From NCBI GenBank assembly GCA_049695635.1, contig JBAVSO010000047.1, forward strand, positions 1,388 through 65,387: 64,000 nt of DNA, in the 5' to 3' direction. Of the stretch, positions 46,669-56,462 are shown piece by piece. The notes below the pieces were generated by a model. That model was not told where the DNA came from, did not search any database, and saw only the letters and a program-made list of their open reading frames with translations. Positions within the stretch are counted from its first letter, which is position 1, and every line of letters starts with the position of its first letter. The stretch comes from Candidatus Cybelea sp. Lineage in GTDB: Bacteria > Vulcanimicrobiota > Vulcanimicrobiia > Vulcanimicrobiales > Vulcanimicrobiaceae. Both the position numbers and the translations under genes were made by a program.

Positions 46669-47629
46669 ATCGCCGGGACCTCCCGCGGTTTTACGGGTGG
46701 CCGATGCGCAGCCCCCGCGGCCTGGTCCACACGAGGTGCTGATCGCCGTCGAGGCAGCGGGTGTTTCGCATGCCGACGTCATGCAGCGCGCCGGCAACTA
46801 TCCGCCTCCGGCAGGCGCTTCGCAGATTCTAGGCCTCGAAGTTGCCGGCACGATCGCAGCGACCGGAGCGCGCGTTACGCGATGGAGCGAAGGAGCTCGC
46901 GTCTGCGCGCTGACCGACGGTGGCGGTTACGCTGAATACGTCGCCGTAGCTGCCGGACAAGTGCTGCCGATTCCGCCCGGGTGGAGCGCCGTCGAGGCGG
47001 CGACGCTGCCCGAAAATGCCTTTACCGTTTACGACAACCTCTTCACGCGCGCCCGCTTGCGATCCGGCGAGACCGTTTTAGTCCACGGCGGAACGAGCGG
47101 AATCGGCAGCACCGCAATCATGTTTGCGACGGCGCTCGGAGCGACCGCACTCGCGACCGCCGGGACGCCCGAGAAGTGCGCAGTGTGCGTACGGCTCGGA
47201 GCCGTTGCGGCGATCAACTACCGCACGACCGATTTCGCGGTGGAGGCGCGCCGCCTTACCGACGAACGCGGCGTCGACGTCGTGCTCGACATCGTCGGCG
47301 GCGATTACGTTGCGCGCGACCTCGATGCTATAGCGCTCGATGGAAGAATCGCGTGCCTGGCGATGCGCGGCGAACGAATCGTGCAACTCGACTTAGGAAA
47401 GCTTTTTGCGAAGCGCGGCGCGATCCTCGCTTCGCGCTTGCGTACGCGCACGACGGCCGAAAAGGCGGCCATCGCCCGCGAGCTCGAGCGGCACATCTGG
47501 CCGCTTTTACCGGAACGCACCAAGATCGTGCCGATCGTCGACGCCGTCTATCCGTTCGAGCGGGCCGCCGACGCGCACGTTCGATTGGAGTCGAGCGCGC
47601 ACATCGGCAAGATCGTGCTCGTGCCGTAA
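46649..47629 (+). CDS. NAD(P)H:quinone oxidoreductase (zinc-independent MDR family)
   Basis: The start MKYVTFESPGPPAVLRV is preceded by GAGAGG. GLEVAGTI and the nucleotide motif VLVHGGTSGIGS are present. Confidence 0.8.
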   Translation: MKYVTFESPGPPAVLRVADAQPPRPGPHEVLIAVEAAGVSHADVMQRAGNYPPPAGASQILGLEVAGTIAATGARVTRWSEGARVCALTDGGGYAEYVAVAAGQVLPIPPGWSAVEAATLPENAFTVYDNLFTRARLRSGETVLVHGGTSGIGSTAIMFATALGATALATAGTPEKCAVCVRLGAVAAINYRTTDFAVEARRLTDERGVDVVLDIVGGDYVARDLDAIALDGRIACLAMRGERIVQLDLGKLFAKRGAILASRLRTRTTAEKAAIARELERHIWPLLPERTKIVPIVDAVYPFERAADAHVRLESSAHIGKIVLVP

Positions 47630-47735
47630 GGGGCCCACTCGGCGATAGTCAGCGTGGGGGCGCAACCGAGTTTTCGAGGGCGCAGGTCTCGAAAGCGAGG
47701 CGAATCGCCGAGCGCTGGGCGAAGTCCAGCGCTTC

Positions 47736-48257
47736 TTAGTGATATATGAGCTGGCTCATGGACGTCGGTCCGGTCGCCATGAAGAAGAGCATCGGAATCG
47801 AGAGCAGCGTGTTGGTTCGCGACGCTAGAAATGCAACGCGCCTGGCTTTTGCTTTCTGTTCGTCGGTTGCCGGCACGAGGCCGAGGATCTTCTTTTGGTT
47901 TCGCCAGATGAGCGTCCAGACGTTGATCAGCATGATCGTGCCCAGCCAGGCTCCAAGACCGATCGGAGCCATTACCCCCTGAAGCGTGAAAGCGGCCACA
48001 AAGCCGTTCGCGCCGGTCGGCGCAACGTAACCGCCCAACAGCGCCGCGCCGAAGATCCACGTCACGACCGCACCCCAGCGAAAGAAGAAAAGGGCACGCG
48101 GCACAACGTACTTCGAGATCGGCCCGGCCTCCCCGGCCGCCGTGGCCTCCTTTACGGCCGCAGCGTTGACGAAATTGAAGAAGTAGAGCAGGCCGATCCA
48201 CATAATGCCGGCCATGATGTGGAACCAGCGGAGAATCCAATCAGTCGACGGATTCAT
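47736..48257 (-). CDS. Integral membrane protein, resembles the N-terminal membrane domain of urate hydroxylase PuuD (tentative)
   Basis: Four or five hydrophobic helices. ILRWFHIMAGIMWIGLLYFFNFV resembles the PuuD N-terminal family as I recall it. ATG 48257 forms ATGA with the upstream mini-ORF. Confidence 0.6.
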   Translation of the reverse strand: MNPSTDWILRWFHIMAGIMWIGLLYFFNFVNAAAVKEATAAGEAGPISKYVVPRALFFFRWGAVVTWIFGAALLGGYVAPTGANGFVAAFTLQGVMAPIGLGAWLGTIMLINVWTLIWRNQKKILGLVPATDEQKAKARRVAFLASRTNTLLSIPMLFFMATGPTSMSQLIYH

Positions 48258-48370
48258 GCGCCCGCCCCCATCGCGTGCGAGACGATCAGCTTTGCGATGT
48301 ACCACAGAATTGCGGTCAAGATGAAGCCGCTGATAACCGTTCCCCAGAGCGAGTCCAATGGATTCTTCAC
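48254..48370 (-). CDS. 38-aa single-TM mini-protein, translationally coupled to the downstream membrane protein (below the ORF-track cutoff)
   Basis: GTG 48370 lies 7 nt after GGAGG (reverse complement of 48378-48382). Translation: (M)KNPLDSLWGTVISGFILTAILWYIAKLIVSHAMGAGA. Its stop TGA overlaps the next ATG (ATGA). Confidence 0.5.
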   Translation of the reverse strand: MKNPLDSLWGTVISGFILTAILWYIAKLIVSHAMGAGA

Positions 48371-48491
48371 GTTCCAGCCTCCCCCGAAGTTCGCAGTGTT
48401 ATGAGCGCATGGTTGCGCGCCGCAGAGTAGGGTCCTCCTGGCAGGCCGGCGCCGTCGTTTGGCGCTCTTTGGTAACGGGTAATTTCGCCCT

Positions 48492-49097
48492 ATGAATGTT
48501 TATTCGCCGGTCAAAAGCTACACGCCGAAGAAGTGGACGCTCTCGGGTCTGCGCGGCATCTCGGACGGAACCCTCGAGATGCATTTCGGTCTCTATGAGG
48601 GTTACGTCAAGAACGTGAACCTGCTCAACGAGCGCCTCCAGGAGATTCGCTCAGCCGGGAAGGCTGCAGGAAGCGATCCGGGATACGCCGAGCTCGTCCG
48701 CCGCCTCGGGTTCGAATACAACGGCATGCGGCTGCACGAGTATTACTTCGACAACCTCACGAAGGCGCCGGAGCAGCTCGGCGGCGGTCGCCTCTACGAT
48801 GCGCTTGGCGCTGCGTACGACGGCTTCGAGGAGTGGAAGAAGGATTTCATCGCGGTCGGAGGCATGCGCGGCGTCGGCTGGGCGATCGCATACTGCGACC
48901 TAACCAACGGACGAATTACAAATCACTGGATCGGCGATCATGAAAACGGGAACCTGGCGGGTTTCGCCCCGATCGTCGTCATGGACGTTTGGGAGCACGC
49001 CTTCATCAAGGATTACAAACCGGCAGAGAAAGGCAAGTACATCGAGGCCTTCTTCGAAAACCTCGACTGGAAGGCGTGCGAGTCGCGCCTCCCTTAA
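48492..49097 (+). CDS. Fe/Mn superoxide dismutase family protein (divergent)
   Basis: The C-terminal metal motif MDVWEHAF (D-x-W-E-H) is present. The N-terminal LEMHFGLYEGYV aligns with HHxKHHxxYV with only the first His kept, and LHEYYF supplies the second ligand. Confidence 0.7.
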   Translation: MNVYSPVKSYTPKKWTLSGLRGISDGTLEMHFGLYEGYVKNVNLLNERLQEIRSAGKAAGSDPGYAELVRRLGFEYNGMRLHEYYFDNLTKAPEQLGGGRLYDALGAAYDGFEEWKKDFIAVGGMRGVGWAIAYCDLTNGRITNHWIGDHENGNLAGFAPIVVMDVWEHAFIKDYKPAEKGKYIEAFFENLDWKACESRLP

Positions 49098-50479
49098 CGA
49101 GGCTCGGCGACGAGCGCGGCTAGCGATTTCGGTTCGGCCAAGATCGTCTTTGCGTGCGTGTACCAGACCAGGCCGGGCGGCGCCGAGCGCTGCTTGCGCA
49201 CGTGCTTGCGCAGCGTGTAGTCGATCGGCGCCGCGGTCGACGCCTTTGCGCGCGAATAAAAAGCAGCCAGCGATGCGGCCAGGGTGAGATCCTCTTCAGG
49301 AGCCGGCGTGCGGTCGTCGCGGGCTAAAACGACGTGTGCGCCGGGGATTCCTTGCGCGTGAAACCAGAGATCGTTCGGCCGGGCGACGCGGAAGGTAAGC
49401 TCCGCGTTCTCGACCGGCGACCGTCCAACGAGTATTCGCGACCCGTTCGGCGTTCGGAACTCGAGCAGCGGCCGTTTGCGTTTGGGAGGGCGCCCGACGT
49501 CTCGCGCCCCGCGCTTCGGCCCGAGTTCGGCTACCGCCGCCTCGACCGCATCGAGATCGTCGTCGCCGGCGCGCTCGGTCTCCCAACAGAATGTCTCGAT
49601 TGCTTCGAGCGAAGCGCGCAGGGTGCGCTCGCGAGCTTCGAGATGCGGTAGGCTCTTGGCGAGCTTCTTATACTCGGCGAAGAGCTCGCCCGCACGCGTC
49701 TTGGCTGCCTCGCGCTCGCGATCGTCGAGCGAGTGCAGCGTTGCAAAGATCTCTTCACCCTCGGCCCGCAACGCCTTGCGGCGTTCGGCGTGCCTGCGTC
49801 GATCGTCCACGGACGCAAGCTCGTTGCGCAGCTTGCGTTCGCGCTCGCCGAGCCGCCTCAGGAGCACTTGGCGGCGCGAATCGTTGCGCTCGCTGCCGGC
49901 TCGGGCCGATTGCTGGGCGCGCATCTCGGTGAAGAAATCGAGGGCCGATCCCGGCGGCTGCGATGCCAACGTTCGAGGATTCTCCGGTAACGGCGGCAGC
50001 ACGTAGGCCGCGCCCGCCTGCACCGCGCGCCGCGGATTCTCGGCCAGCGCGAACTCTTTGTACGCGGCGACGATCGTCTCGTCTTTCACCAGCACTGCAT
50101 TACCGAAGCGCGGGACAAGCTCGAGATAGAGATCGAGCCGATCGCCTACTCCGAAGCGCGAACGCGCCGAGAAGGTTAAGCGCAGGAGCCGATCGTTCCG
50201 GCGGGAGGCTACGTCGGCGAGGATCATCGCGCGCAGCGAACGGGCGACTGCGCGCACGAAGCTCGGTTCGTTGCCGACCCCGAGCTCGCCATCCTCGAGC
50301 GTCACGATTGGCGGCGAGGCGAACAGGTCGATCGCCAAAAGCAGGCGCTCACCGCGCCGCCGGAAGAGGAGTCCGAGGCGACCGTCCGCGAGCAGGCCGG
50401 CATCCTCGACCCTTGCACCGCCGAGCCGCTGCCGGAGCTCTTCGGAAAGCCTCCCGATAAGGACCCAGTCGGTCAGCAT
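49094..50479 (-). CDS. rqcH: RqcH / NFACT-family (FbpA-like) ribosome quality control protein
   Basis: ATG 50479 is preceded by AGAGGG. An NFACT-N-like start, a coiled-coil middle and the NFACT-R motif DLWFHAQGIPGAHVVL are present. The track extension to 50737 is R/G-rich junk. Confidence 0.8.
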   Translation of the reverse strand: MLTDWVLIGRLSEELRQRLGGARVEDAGLLADGRLGLLFRRRGERLLLAIDLFASPPIVTLEDGELGVGNEPSFVRAVARSLRAMILADVASRRNDRLLRLTFSARSRFGVGDRLDLYLELVPRFGNAVLVKDETIVAAYKEFALAENPRRAVQAGAAYVLPPLPENPRTLASQPPGSALDFFTEMRAQQSARAGSERNDSRRQVLLRRLGERERKLRNELASVDDRRRHAERRKALRAEGEEIFATLHSLDDREREAAKTRAGELFAEYKKLAKSLPHLEARERTLRASLEAIETFCWETERAGDDDLDAVEAAVAELGPKRGARDVGRPPKRKRPLLEFRTPNGSRILVGRSPVENAELTFRVARPNDLWFHAQGIPGAHVVLARDDRTPAPEEDLTLAASLAAFYSRAKASTAAPIDYTLRKHVRKQRSAPPGLVWYTHAKTILAEPKSLAALVAEPR

Positions 50480-50494
50480 CAAAACCCTCTTATC

Positions 50495-50941
50495 GTGAGA
50501 GCCGCGGTAGCCTTGGTCCTCGCGTCGCTCGTCCTGCCTGCGGGCTGTGCCGGCGGGTCGGATGGGCCGAAGGGCTGGAAACCCGTGCCGGGCGCCGGCG
50601 CCGCCTGGACGACCGGCAGCGGCGAAACCGCGCAGCAGTACTCGTACACCAAGGCGCCCTTCGGCGGCGGCCTGCAAGACCTCGCGTCCCAGGTCACGAT
50701 CGACAACTTGATGCGCCATCGCGGCGCCAGGTTTCATGGGAGCCTACCGTTCCCAGCCTGCCCCGGGGCTGCGGGCATCGCGAGCTTCTCTCTCCCGGAT
50801 CAAACCATGGTCCAAGAAGGTTTTGCCGTTCACGACGGGCAGGCGATTCGCGTACGGTACGTCCGCCCATCCGGTTCGAAGGCCGACCCAAGCGCCACGC
50901 AAGCGATGGCGAGCGTGCTCTGCGCGCTTCAGTCAGCCTGA
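50495..50941 (+). CDS. Hypothetical lipoprotein
   Basis: The start is GTG 50495. Signal peptide MRAAVALVLASLVLPAGC with a lipobox. The start codon is only 15 bp from the divergent rqcH start. Confidence 0.55.
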   Translation: MRAAVALVLASLVLPAGCAGGSDGPKGWKPVPGAGAAWTTGSGETAQQYSYTKAPFGGGLQDLASQVTIDNLMRHRGARFHGSLPFPACPGAAGIASFSLPDQTMVQEGFAVHDGQAIRVRYVRPSGSKADPSATQAMASVLCALQSA

Positions 50942-51003
50942 CCCGGCTGTACTGAGAGTGGCCGGGAGTTCGCTTGCTTACCTAGGTCAACCGGGCTCCC
51001 GGC

Positions 51004-51639
51004 GTGAAACGGAGGGGGTTGAGCACCGGGCCGGGTCTTCTGTTCGTCGTATCGGGGCCGTCGGGAGCGGGCAAGGATACCCTCGTCGAGGCGCTCAGGG
51101 AGCAACGCCCAACGCTGCGGTACTCAATTTCGGCTACCACGCGGCCGCCGCGACCGGAGGAACGCAACGAAGAGCACTATTTTTTCGTTTCCGAAGCTGA
51201 GTTCGATCGGCTGCTTCGCACCGGTGGTCTACTGGAGTCGCGCGAATACAACGGCAACCTTTACGGGACGCCCCGGGATTTCATCGAGCGAAGCCTGACC
51301 GAGGGATACGACGTTGTCTTGAAGCCTGAGGTCAACGGTGCGCTCGCCGTCAAGGCGGCGTATCCCGACGCGGTGCTGATCTTCCTCGTTCCGGATCGCT
51401 TTTCGAACCTGCGCGAGCGGCTGCTCGCTCGTCGAACGGAGACAAATGAGGAGATCGCGCGGCGGCTCGAGATCGCGCAGCGGGAAATGAAATTCATTCG
51501 GCGCTTCGACTATATCGTTGTCAACGCACAAGATCACCCGCAGGAGGCGGTGCGCGATTTAGAGGCAATCTTTCAAGCGGAGCGCTTTCGCATCCACCGA
51601 TATCCGGACGACTCGATCCGGCGGGTCGAGTCGTCGTAA
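51004..51639 (+). CDS. gmk: Guanylate kinase
   Basis: P-loop GPSGAGKDT and TTRPPRPEE..G..YFFVS. Confidence 0.92.
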   Translation: MKRRGLSTGPGLLFVVSGPSGAGKDTLVEALREQRPTLRYSISATTRPPRPEERNEEHYFFVSEAEFDRLLRTGGLLESREYNGNLYGTPRDFIERSLTEGYDVVLKPEVNGALAVKAAYPDAVLIFLVPDRFSNLRERLLARRTETNEEIARRLEIAQREMKFIRRFDYIVVNAQDHPQEAVRDLEAIFQAERFRIHRYPDDSIRRVESS

Positions 51640-51687
51640 AGAACAAGAACCCAATACAGCTATACAAAAGGAATTATTCGATACTTC

Positions 51688-51960
51688 ATGAGCAAATCGG
51701 TTTTCGGCGATCTAGACGTCCTTCTCGAGCACGCCGACTCGAAATTTAGTCTCGTCAACATCGTCACGAAACGCGCTCGCCAGTTAAACAACTGGATTCG
51801 GGTGCAGCAGCTTCCGGCGACGGATCGCCGTGAGTACTTTGCGAGCGAGCCGCTCGTCGATAAAGAGACCATCAACCCCAACAAACCCGTCTCGATAGCG
51901 CTCGACGAGATCGCCGACGGCAAAATCAGCTACCGCCGCACGAGGGAAGGGATTAAGTAA
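51688..51960 (+). CDS. rpoZ: DNA-directed RNA polymerase subunit omega
   Basis: SKFSLVNIVTKRARQLN core; 90 aa; conserved gmk-rpoZ order. Confidence 0.9.
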   Translation: MSKSVFGDLDVLLEHADSKFSLVNIVTKRARQLNNWIRVQQLPATDRREYFASEPLVDKETINPNKPVSIALDEIADGKISYRRTREGIK

Positions 51961-51966
51961 CACAGC

Positions 51967-53808
51967 ATGTGTGGAATCGTCGGATATATCGGCCAACGCG
52001 ATAGCGTACCGATCATTCTCGACGCGCTGGCGCGTTTGGAGTACCGCGGCTACGACAGCGCCGGTATCGCCGTAATTGACTCGAGCGGGACTCTGACGGG
52101 CTCGAAATCCGAAGGAAAGCTCTCCCGGCTGGCCGAGCACCTGGAAAACGGCGAAGCGCTCTCCGGCGCCGTCGGCGTGGGTCACACGCGCTGGGCGACC
52201 CATGGACGCCCAACCGACGCAAACGCGCACCCGCACTTGGATTGTCGCGAACGCATCGCCGTCGTGCACAACGGCATCATCGAGAACTATACGGTCCTGC
52301 GCGCACGGCTGCTCGAGCTGGGCCACGTCTTCACCAGCGAGACCGACACGGAGGTGTTGGCTCACCTCATCGAGCTTCACTATGACGGGAATTTGGAAGA
52401 GGCCGTCCGCCGGACCGTTGCGGAAGTCCGCGGGGCGTACGCGCTCGGCGTGATCTCGAGCGACGATCCCGATCACCTCATCTTCGCGCGCAACGGCGCG
52501 AGCCCGCTCGTGCTCGGTATCGGCGACGGGGAAATGTACGTCGCTTCCGATACGCCGGCGATCCTACCGTACACGCGACGGGAAGTAATTCTGCAAGAAG
52601 GTGAGATCGCGGTCGTCGGTCGCGACGGCTTCCGTCTAACCGATTACTCAGGCACTCGCATCGACCGCGATCCGGTCTCGATCACCTGGGACGCCGGCTC
52701 GGCTGAAAAAACGGGCTTCAAGCACTTCATGCTCAAGGAGATCTTCGAGCAACCGATTGCGATCAAGGAGACGCTGAGCGGACGCATTGACGAGCACGGC
52801 GCCGTGCACCTCGGCAACGACCTCGGCGAGATTACGCCCGAGCGTCTGAGGAACTTGAGCAAGATCGCGATAACCGGCTGCGGGACGGCTTACTACGCCG
52901 GCATGGTCGGCATGTATCTGCTGCGCTCGCTCGTGCACTTGCCGGTCGAGATGGAGCTCGCGAGCGAGTTTCGCTACGGCGACCCGGTTATTGACCCCAC
53001 GACGCTGGTGATCGCGATGTCACAGTCGGGCGAAACCGCCGATACGATCGAGGCGGTGCGGATCGCCAAGGCCGCAGGTTCGAGCCTGCTCGGGGTATGC
53101 AACGTGCTCGGCTCGCATCTCACGCGGCTTGCCGATGGGATGCTCTTCACGCGTGGGGGACCCGAAATCGGCGTGGCCGCATCGAAAACCTACGTATCGC
53201 AGGTCGCCGCGATGACGCTCTTGGCGCTCTATTTGGCTAGGGTGCGGGGTACGACCGACGAGCGACGACTCACCGAGATTGCAGACGGCACGAAACTACT
53301 GCCCGCCGCCGTGGACGTCGTGCTCAACACATCCGACGAGATCCGCAGGGTCGCCCGCGAGCTGCGCAAAGCGCGGAGCATACTCTTCATCGGCCGGTAC
53401 GTCAACTTCCCGACCGCGCTCGAAGGCGCACTGAAGCTGAAAGAGATCTCGTACATTCACGCCGAGGGCTTCCCGGCCGGCGAGATGAAGCACGGCCCGA
53501 TCGCGTTGCTCGATTCGAGCGTTCCGGTGATCGGCATCGCGACCGAGGACCGCGTTCGCGAGAAGATGCTCTCGAACCTAATGGAATCGAAAGCCCGTGA
53601 GGCGCCCGTCCTCGTCGTCGCGAATCGCGGCGACGAGGAGATCAAGGCACTTGCGGACCACGTCTTTTGGGTGCCGAAGGTTGACGAGCTGCTCTCGCCA
53701 ATCGTGAACGTCATTCCCCTTCAGCTTCTTGCATACCACATCGCGGACATAGAGGGCAAAGACGTCGACCAGCCACGCAATCTGGCGAAGACCGTTACGG
53801 TCGAATAG
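51967..53808 (+). CDS. glmS: Glutamine--fructose-6-phosphate aminotransferase
   Basis: N-terminal nucleophile MCGIVGY, two SIS domains, and a C-terminal ..KTVTVE. Confidence 0.96.
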   Translation: MCGIVGYIGQRDSVPIILDALARLEYRGYDSAGIAVIDSSGTLTGSKSEGKLSRLAEHLENGEALSGAVGVGHTRWATHGRPTDANAHPHLDCRERIAVVHNGIIENYTVLRARLLELGHVFTSETDTEVLAHLIELHYDGNLEEAVRRTVAEVRGAYALGVISSDDPDHLIFARNGASPLVLGIGDGEMYVASDTPAILPYTRREVILQEGEIAVVGRDGFRLTDYSGTRIDRDPVSITWDAGSAEKTGFKHFMLKEIFEQPIAIKETLSGRIDEHGAVHLGNDLGEITPERLRNLSKIAITGCGTAYYAGMVGMYLLRSLVHLPVEMELASEFRYGDPVIDPTTLVIAMSQSGETADTIEAVRIAKAAGSSLLGVCNVLGSHLTRLADGMLFTRGGPEIGVAASKTYVSQVAAMTLLALYLARVRGTTDERRLTEIADGTKLLPAAVDVVLNTSDEIRRVARELRKARSILFIGRYVNFPTALEGALKLKEISYIHAEGFPAGEMKHGPIALLDSSVPVIGIATEDRVREKMLSNLMESKAREAPVLVVANRGDEEIKALADHVFWVPKVDELLSPIVNVIPLQLLAYHIADIEGKDVDQPRNLAKTVTVE

Positions 53809-53812
53809 GCTC

Positions 53813-54553
53813 GTGATTCGCAGCGACGGCCGCGCGCCCGGCGAGATGCGTCCGGTAACGATCGAACCGGGATTCCTGAAATATCCCGAGGGGAGCGTTT
53901 TGATCGGGGTCGGCAACACGCGGCTCATCTGCGCGGCTTCGCTCGAGGAGCGCGTTCCAGCTTGGATGAAGGGGCGCGGCCTCGGCTGGGTTACCGCCGA
54001 GTACGCCATGCTGCCGCGCGCGACTCAAGACCGCACGCAGCGCGAGGCTTCAAAAGGAAGATTGGGCGGACGCACGCAGGAGATCCAACGCATCATCGGG
54101 CGCGCGCTGCGCGCCGTGACCGATATGGCGAAACTTGGCGAGCGCACGATTTGGCTCGATTGCGACGTAATACAAGCCGACGGCGGCACGCGGACTGCGG
54201 CCGTGACCGGCGCGTACGTTGCGCTCGCTCTTGCGCTGCGCACTCGGTTCGACCCGGCCGATCGCGCACGCTGGCCGCTGACCGCAATGGTTGCCGCGAT
54301 CAGCGTAGGGATCGTCGCCGGTCAGCCGCTGCTCGATCTCGCCTACGACGAGGATAGCCGAGCGCTCGTTGATATGAACGTCTTTATGACCGACGCCGCT
54401 CGCTTTGTTGAAGTGCAAGGCACCGCCGAAGCCGCTCCCTTCGACCGGCGCGACTTGGACACGTTGCTCGGGCTCGCGGAGGAGGGCATCCGGCGCCTCT
54501 TCGAGCTGCAGGGCGCCGCCCTCGGCGAGACGCTCCCGGTTCATGCCCGTTGA
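53813..54553 (+). CDS. rph: Ribonuclease PH
   Basis: GTG start. [28 protein letters not shown] and [14 protein letters not shown]. Confidence 0.93.
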   Translation: MIRSDGRAPGEMRPVTIEPGFLKYPEGSVLIGVGNTRLICAASLEERVPAWMKGRGLGWVTAEYAMLPRATQDRTQREASKGRLGGRTQEIQRIIGRALRAVTDMAKLGERTIWLDCDVIQADGGTRTAAVTGAYVALALALRTRFDPADRARWPLTAMVAAISVGIVAGQPLLDLAYDEDSRALVDMNVFMTDAARFVEVQGTAEAAPFDRRDLDTLLGLAEEGIRRLFELQGAALGETLPVHAR

Positions 54554-54884
54554 TCCCGGCTTTGCCGACCTCGTAAACCGCGTCGCTTCTTTTCACATCA
54601 CGCAACGTGCGATGAAGCGAGCGCAAGCGGCGATCGAAGCGGCAATCGGGAACGGCGCCGTAGACGACACGGCGCGCTCGGCGTACTTGGACGAGGTTCG
54701 ACGCTATTTCGAAGGCTTCGATCGAGAAGCGCGCGAGCATCTGCGCGACGTCGACCGCCGCCTCGAGCGGGCGAACCAAGTTCACTTCAACCTTACCGCC
54801 GAACGCGGCGTCGCCGTTAAGCGAATCGAGGCAACGTCAGCGGTCCTCGAGGTGATGGCGACCGTCGCAGGCCGCGTGCCGTGA
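54543..54884 (+). CDS. Hypothetical helical protein preceding the mla genes
   Basis: ATG 54543 overlaps the rph end by 11 nt and its stop overlaps the mlaE start (GTGA). 113 aa, charged and helical. No family recognised. Confidence 0.5.
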   Translation: MPVDPGFADLVNRVASFHITQRAMKRAQAAIEAAIGNGAVDDTARSAYLDEVRRYFEGFDREAREHLRDVDRRLERANQVHFNLTAERGVAVKRIEATSAVLEVMATVAGRVP

Positions 54885-55651
54885 AGCTGCTCGATCGCGT
54901 CGGTCGCGCAACGACCAATTTCTTCGAATATGCCGGCGGCTTAACGCTGCTTTCGGCCGAGTCGCTCGGTTTCATGGCGCGCCTTCGCATTCGGGCTGGG
55001 GAGACGGTTTCGCAGTGCGCGCTGCTCGGAGTACAATCCGCAGTTATCGTTATGTTGACGTCGCTCTTCACCGGTATGGTGATCTCGCTCGAGTCGGCGC
55101 AGCAAGCCGTGGCGTACGGTTTCGGCAACTTCGTCGGTGGGGCGGTCGCTTATGCCTCGGTCCGTGAACTCGGCCCGATGCTTACCGGCGTCGTGGTCGC
55201 AGGACGGGTTGGTTCGGCGATCGCGGCCGAGCTCGGCTCGATGGTCGTCACCGAACAGATCGAGGCGCTGCGCTCGATGGGACTGGAACCCGCGCGCTTC
55301 TTAGTCGTGCCGCGTTTCGCCGCCATGCTGATAATGTTGCCGTTGCTCGTCATTTTCGCCGACGTCGTTTCGATCGTAGGCGGCATGTGGATCGCGCAAA
55401 CCTATGCGCACATACCGTACCAGTCGTTCATATCCTCGGTTAGGGAGTCGGTCGAGTTCAGCGACGTGATCAAAGGATTGCTTAAGACTTTCGTCTTCGC
55501 CACGATTATCGCGATGGTCGGCGCCTACCAGGGGCTCTCGACCCGCGGCGGCGCCGCCGGTGTCGGCAAATCTACGACAGGCGCGGTCGTGGTTTCGATC
55601 ATTCTGATCTTCGTTGCGAACTTCGTCCTCTCGTTCTTTTTGTTTGGTTAG
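54881..55651 (+). CDS. mlaE: ABC transporter permease, MlaE/YrbE family
   Basis: 256 aa with about 5 TM helices. Typical MlaE stretches ELGPMLTGVVVAGRVGSAIAAELGSM and EQIEALRSMG. Confidence 0.88.
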   Translation: MKLLDRVGRATTNFFEYAGGLTLLSAESLGFMARLRIRAGETVSQCALLGVQSAVIVMLTSLFTGMVISLESAQQAVAYGFGNFVGGAVAYASVRELGPMLTGVVVAGRVGSAIAAELGSMVVTEQIEALRSMGLEPARFLVVPRFAAMLIMLPLLVIFADVVSIVGGMWIAQTYAHIPYQSFISSVRESVEFSDVIKGLLKTFVFATIIAMVGAYQGLSTRGGAAGVGKSTTGAVVVSIILIFVANFVLSFFLFG

Positions 55652-55653
55652 AC

Positions 55654-56418
55654 ATGGCCCCAAACTCTAAGCTGATTGCCCGGCTGGAGGACGTGAGCCT
55701 CGCCTTCGGCGAGCGCGTCGTTCTGCAGAACTGCAGCCTCGACATCATCGAGGGAGCGATTACGTGCATCATCGGACTGACCGGCGCGGGGAAATCGACG
55801 ATCCTGCGGCTGCTCGACGGCTTGTTGCTTCCGGACGACGGGCACGTCTTCGTCCGCGGCCAGGACATCTGCCACTTATCGGAAGAGCAGCTCAATGTAG
55901 TGCGGCAGAAGATCAGCCTTTCATTTCAATTTTCGGCGCTGCTCGATAGCCTTACCGTCGGTGAAAACGTCGCGCTGCCGCTCAAGGAACGCACCAAGCT
56001 TTCTGCCGCCGAAATTCGGCGACTGGTGATGGACGCGCTGGAAAGCGTCGGCCTCACCGACGCATACGACAACCTCCCGGCCGAACTCTCGGGCGGAATG
56101 CTCAAGCGTGCCGGTTTCGCTCGAGCGATCGTGACAAACCCGGAGCTGGTATTGTACGACGAGCCGACGACTGGGCTCGATCCGATCGTCACGAATCTGA
56201 TAACCGCCACGATTCTGGGGCTGCGCGCGAAGCTCAAAGGAACGGCGGTTGTAATCTCCCACGATCTCGCGTCAATCTTTGCAATGGCAGACTACGTTGC
56301 GATGCTTTTCGAAGGGGCGATCATCGCTTACGACACCGCCGAACGCATCCGGAACTCGCGCAACCCGATCGTCGCGCAGTTTTTGGAAGGCTCCGACGTC
56401 GGACCGATACCGATTTAA
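55654..56418 (+). CDS. mlaF: ABC transporter ATP-binding protein, MlaF family
   Basis: Walker A GLTGAGKST, signature LSGGMLKR, Walker B LVLYDEPTTGLD. Confidence 0.9.
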   Translation: MAPNSKLIARLEDVSLAFGERVVLQNCSLDIIEGAITCIIGLTGAGKSTILRLLDGLLLPDDGHVFVRGQDICHLSEEQLNVVRQKISLSFQFSALLDSLTVGENVALPLKERTKLSAAEIRRLVMDALESVGLTDAYDNLPAELSGGMLKRAGFARAIVTNPELVLYDEPTTGLDPIVTNLITATILGLRAKLKGTAVVISHDLASIFAMADYVAMLFEGAIIAYDTAERIRNSRNPIVAQFLEGSDVGPIPI

Positions 56419-56462
56419 GTCCCGGCGAGGCGATTCTTGCTTGAACGAATAATATCTCCGCC

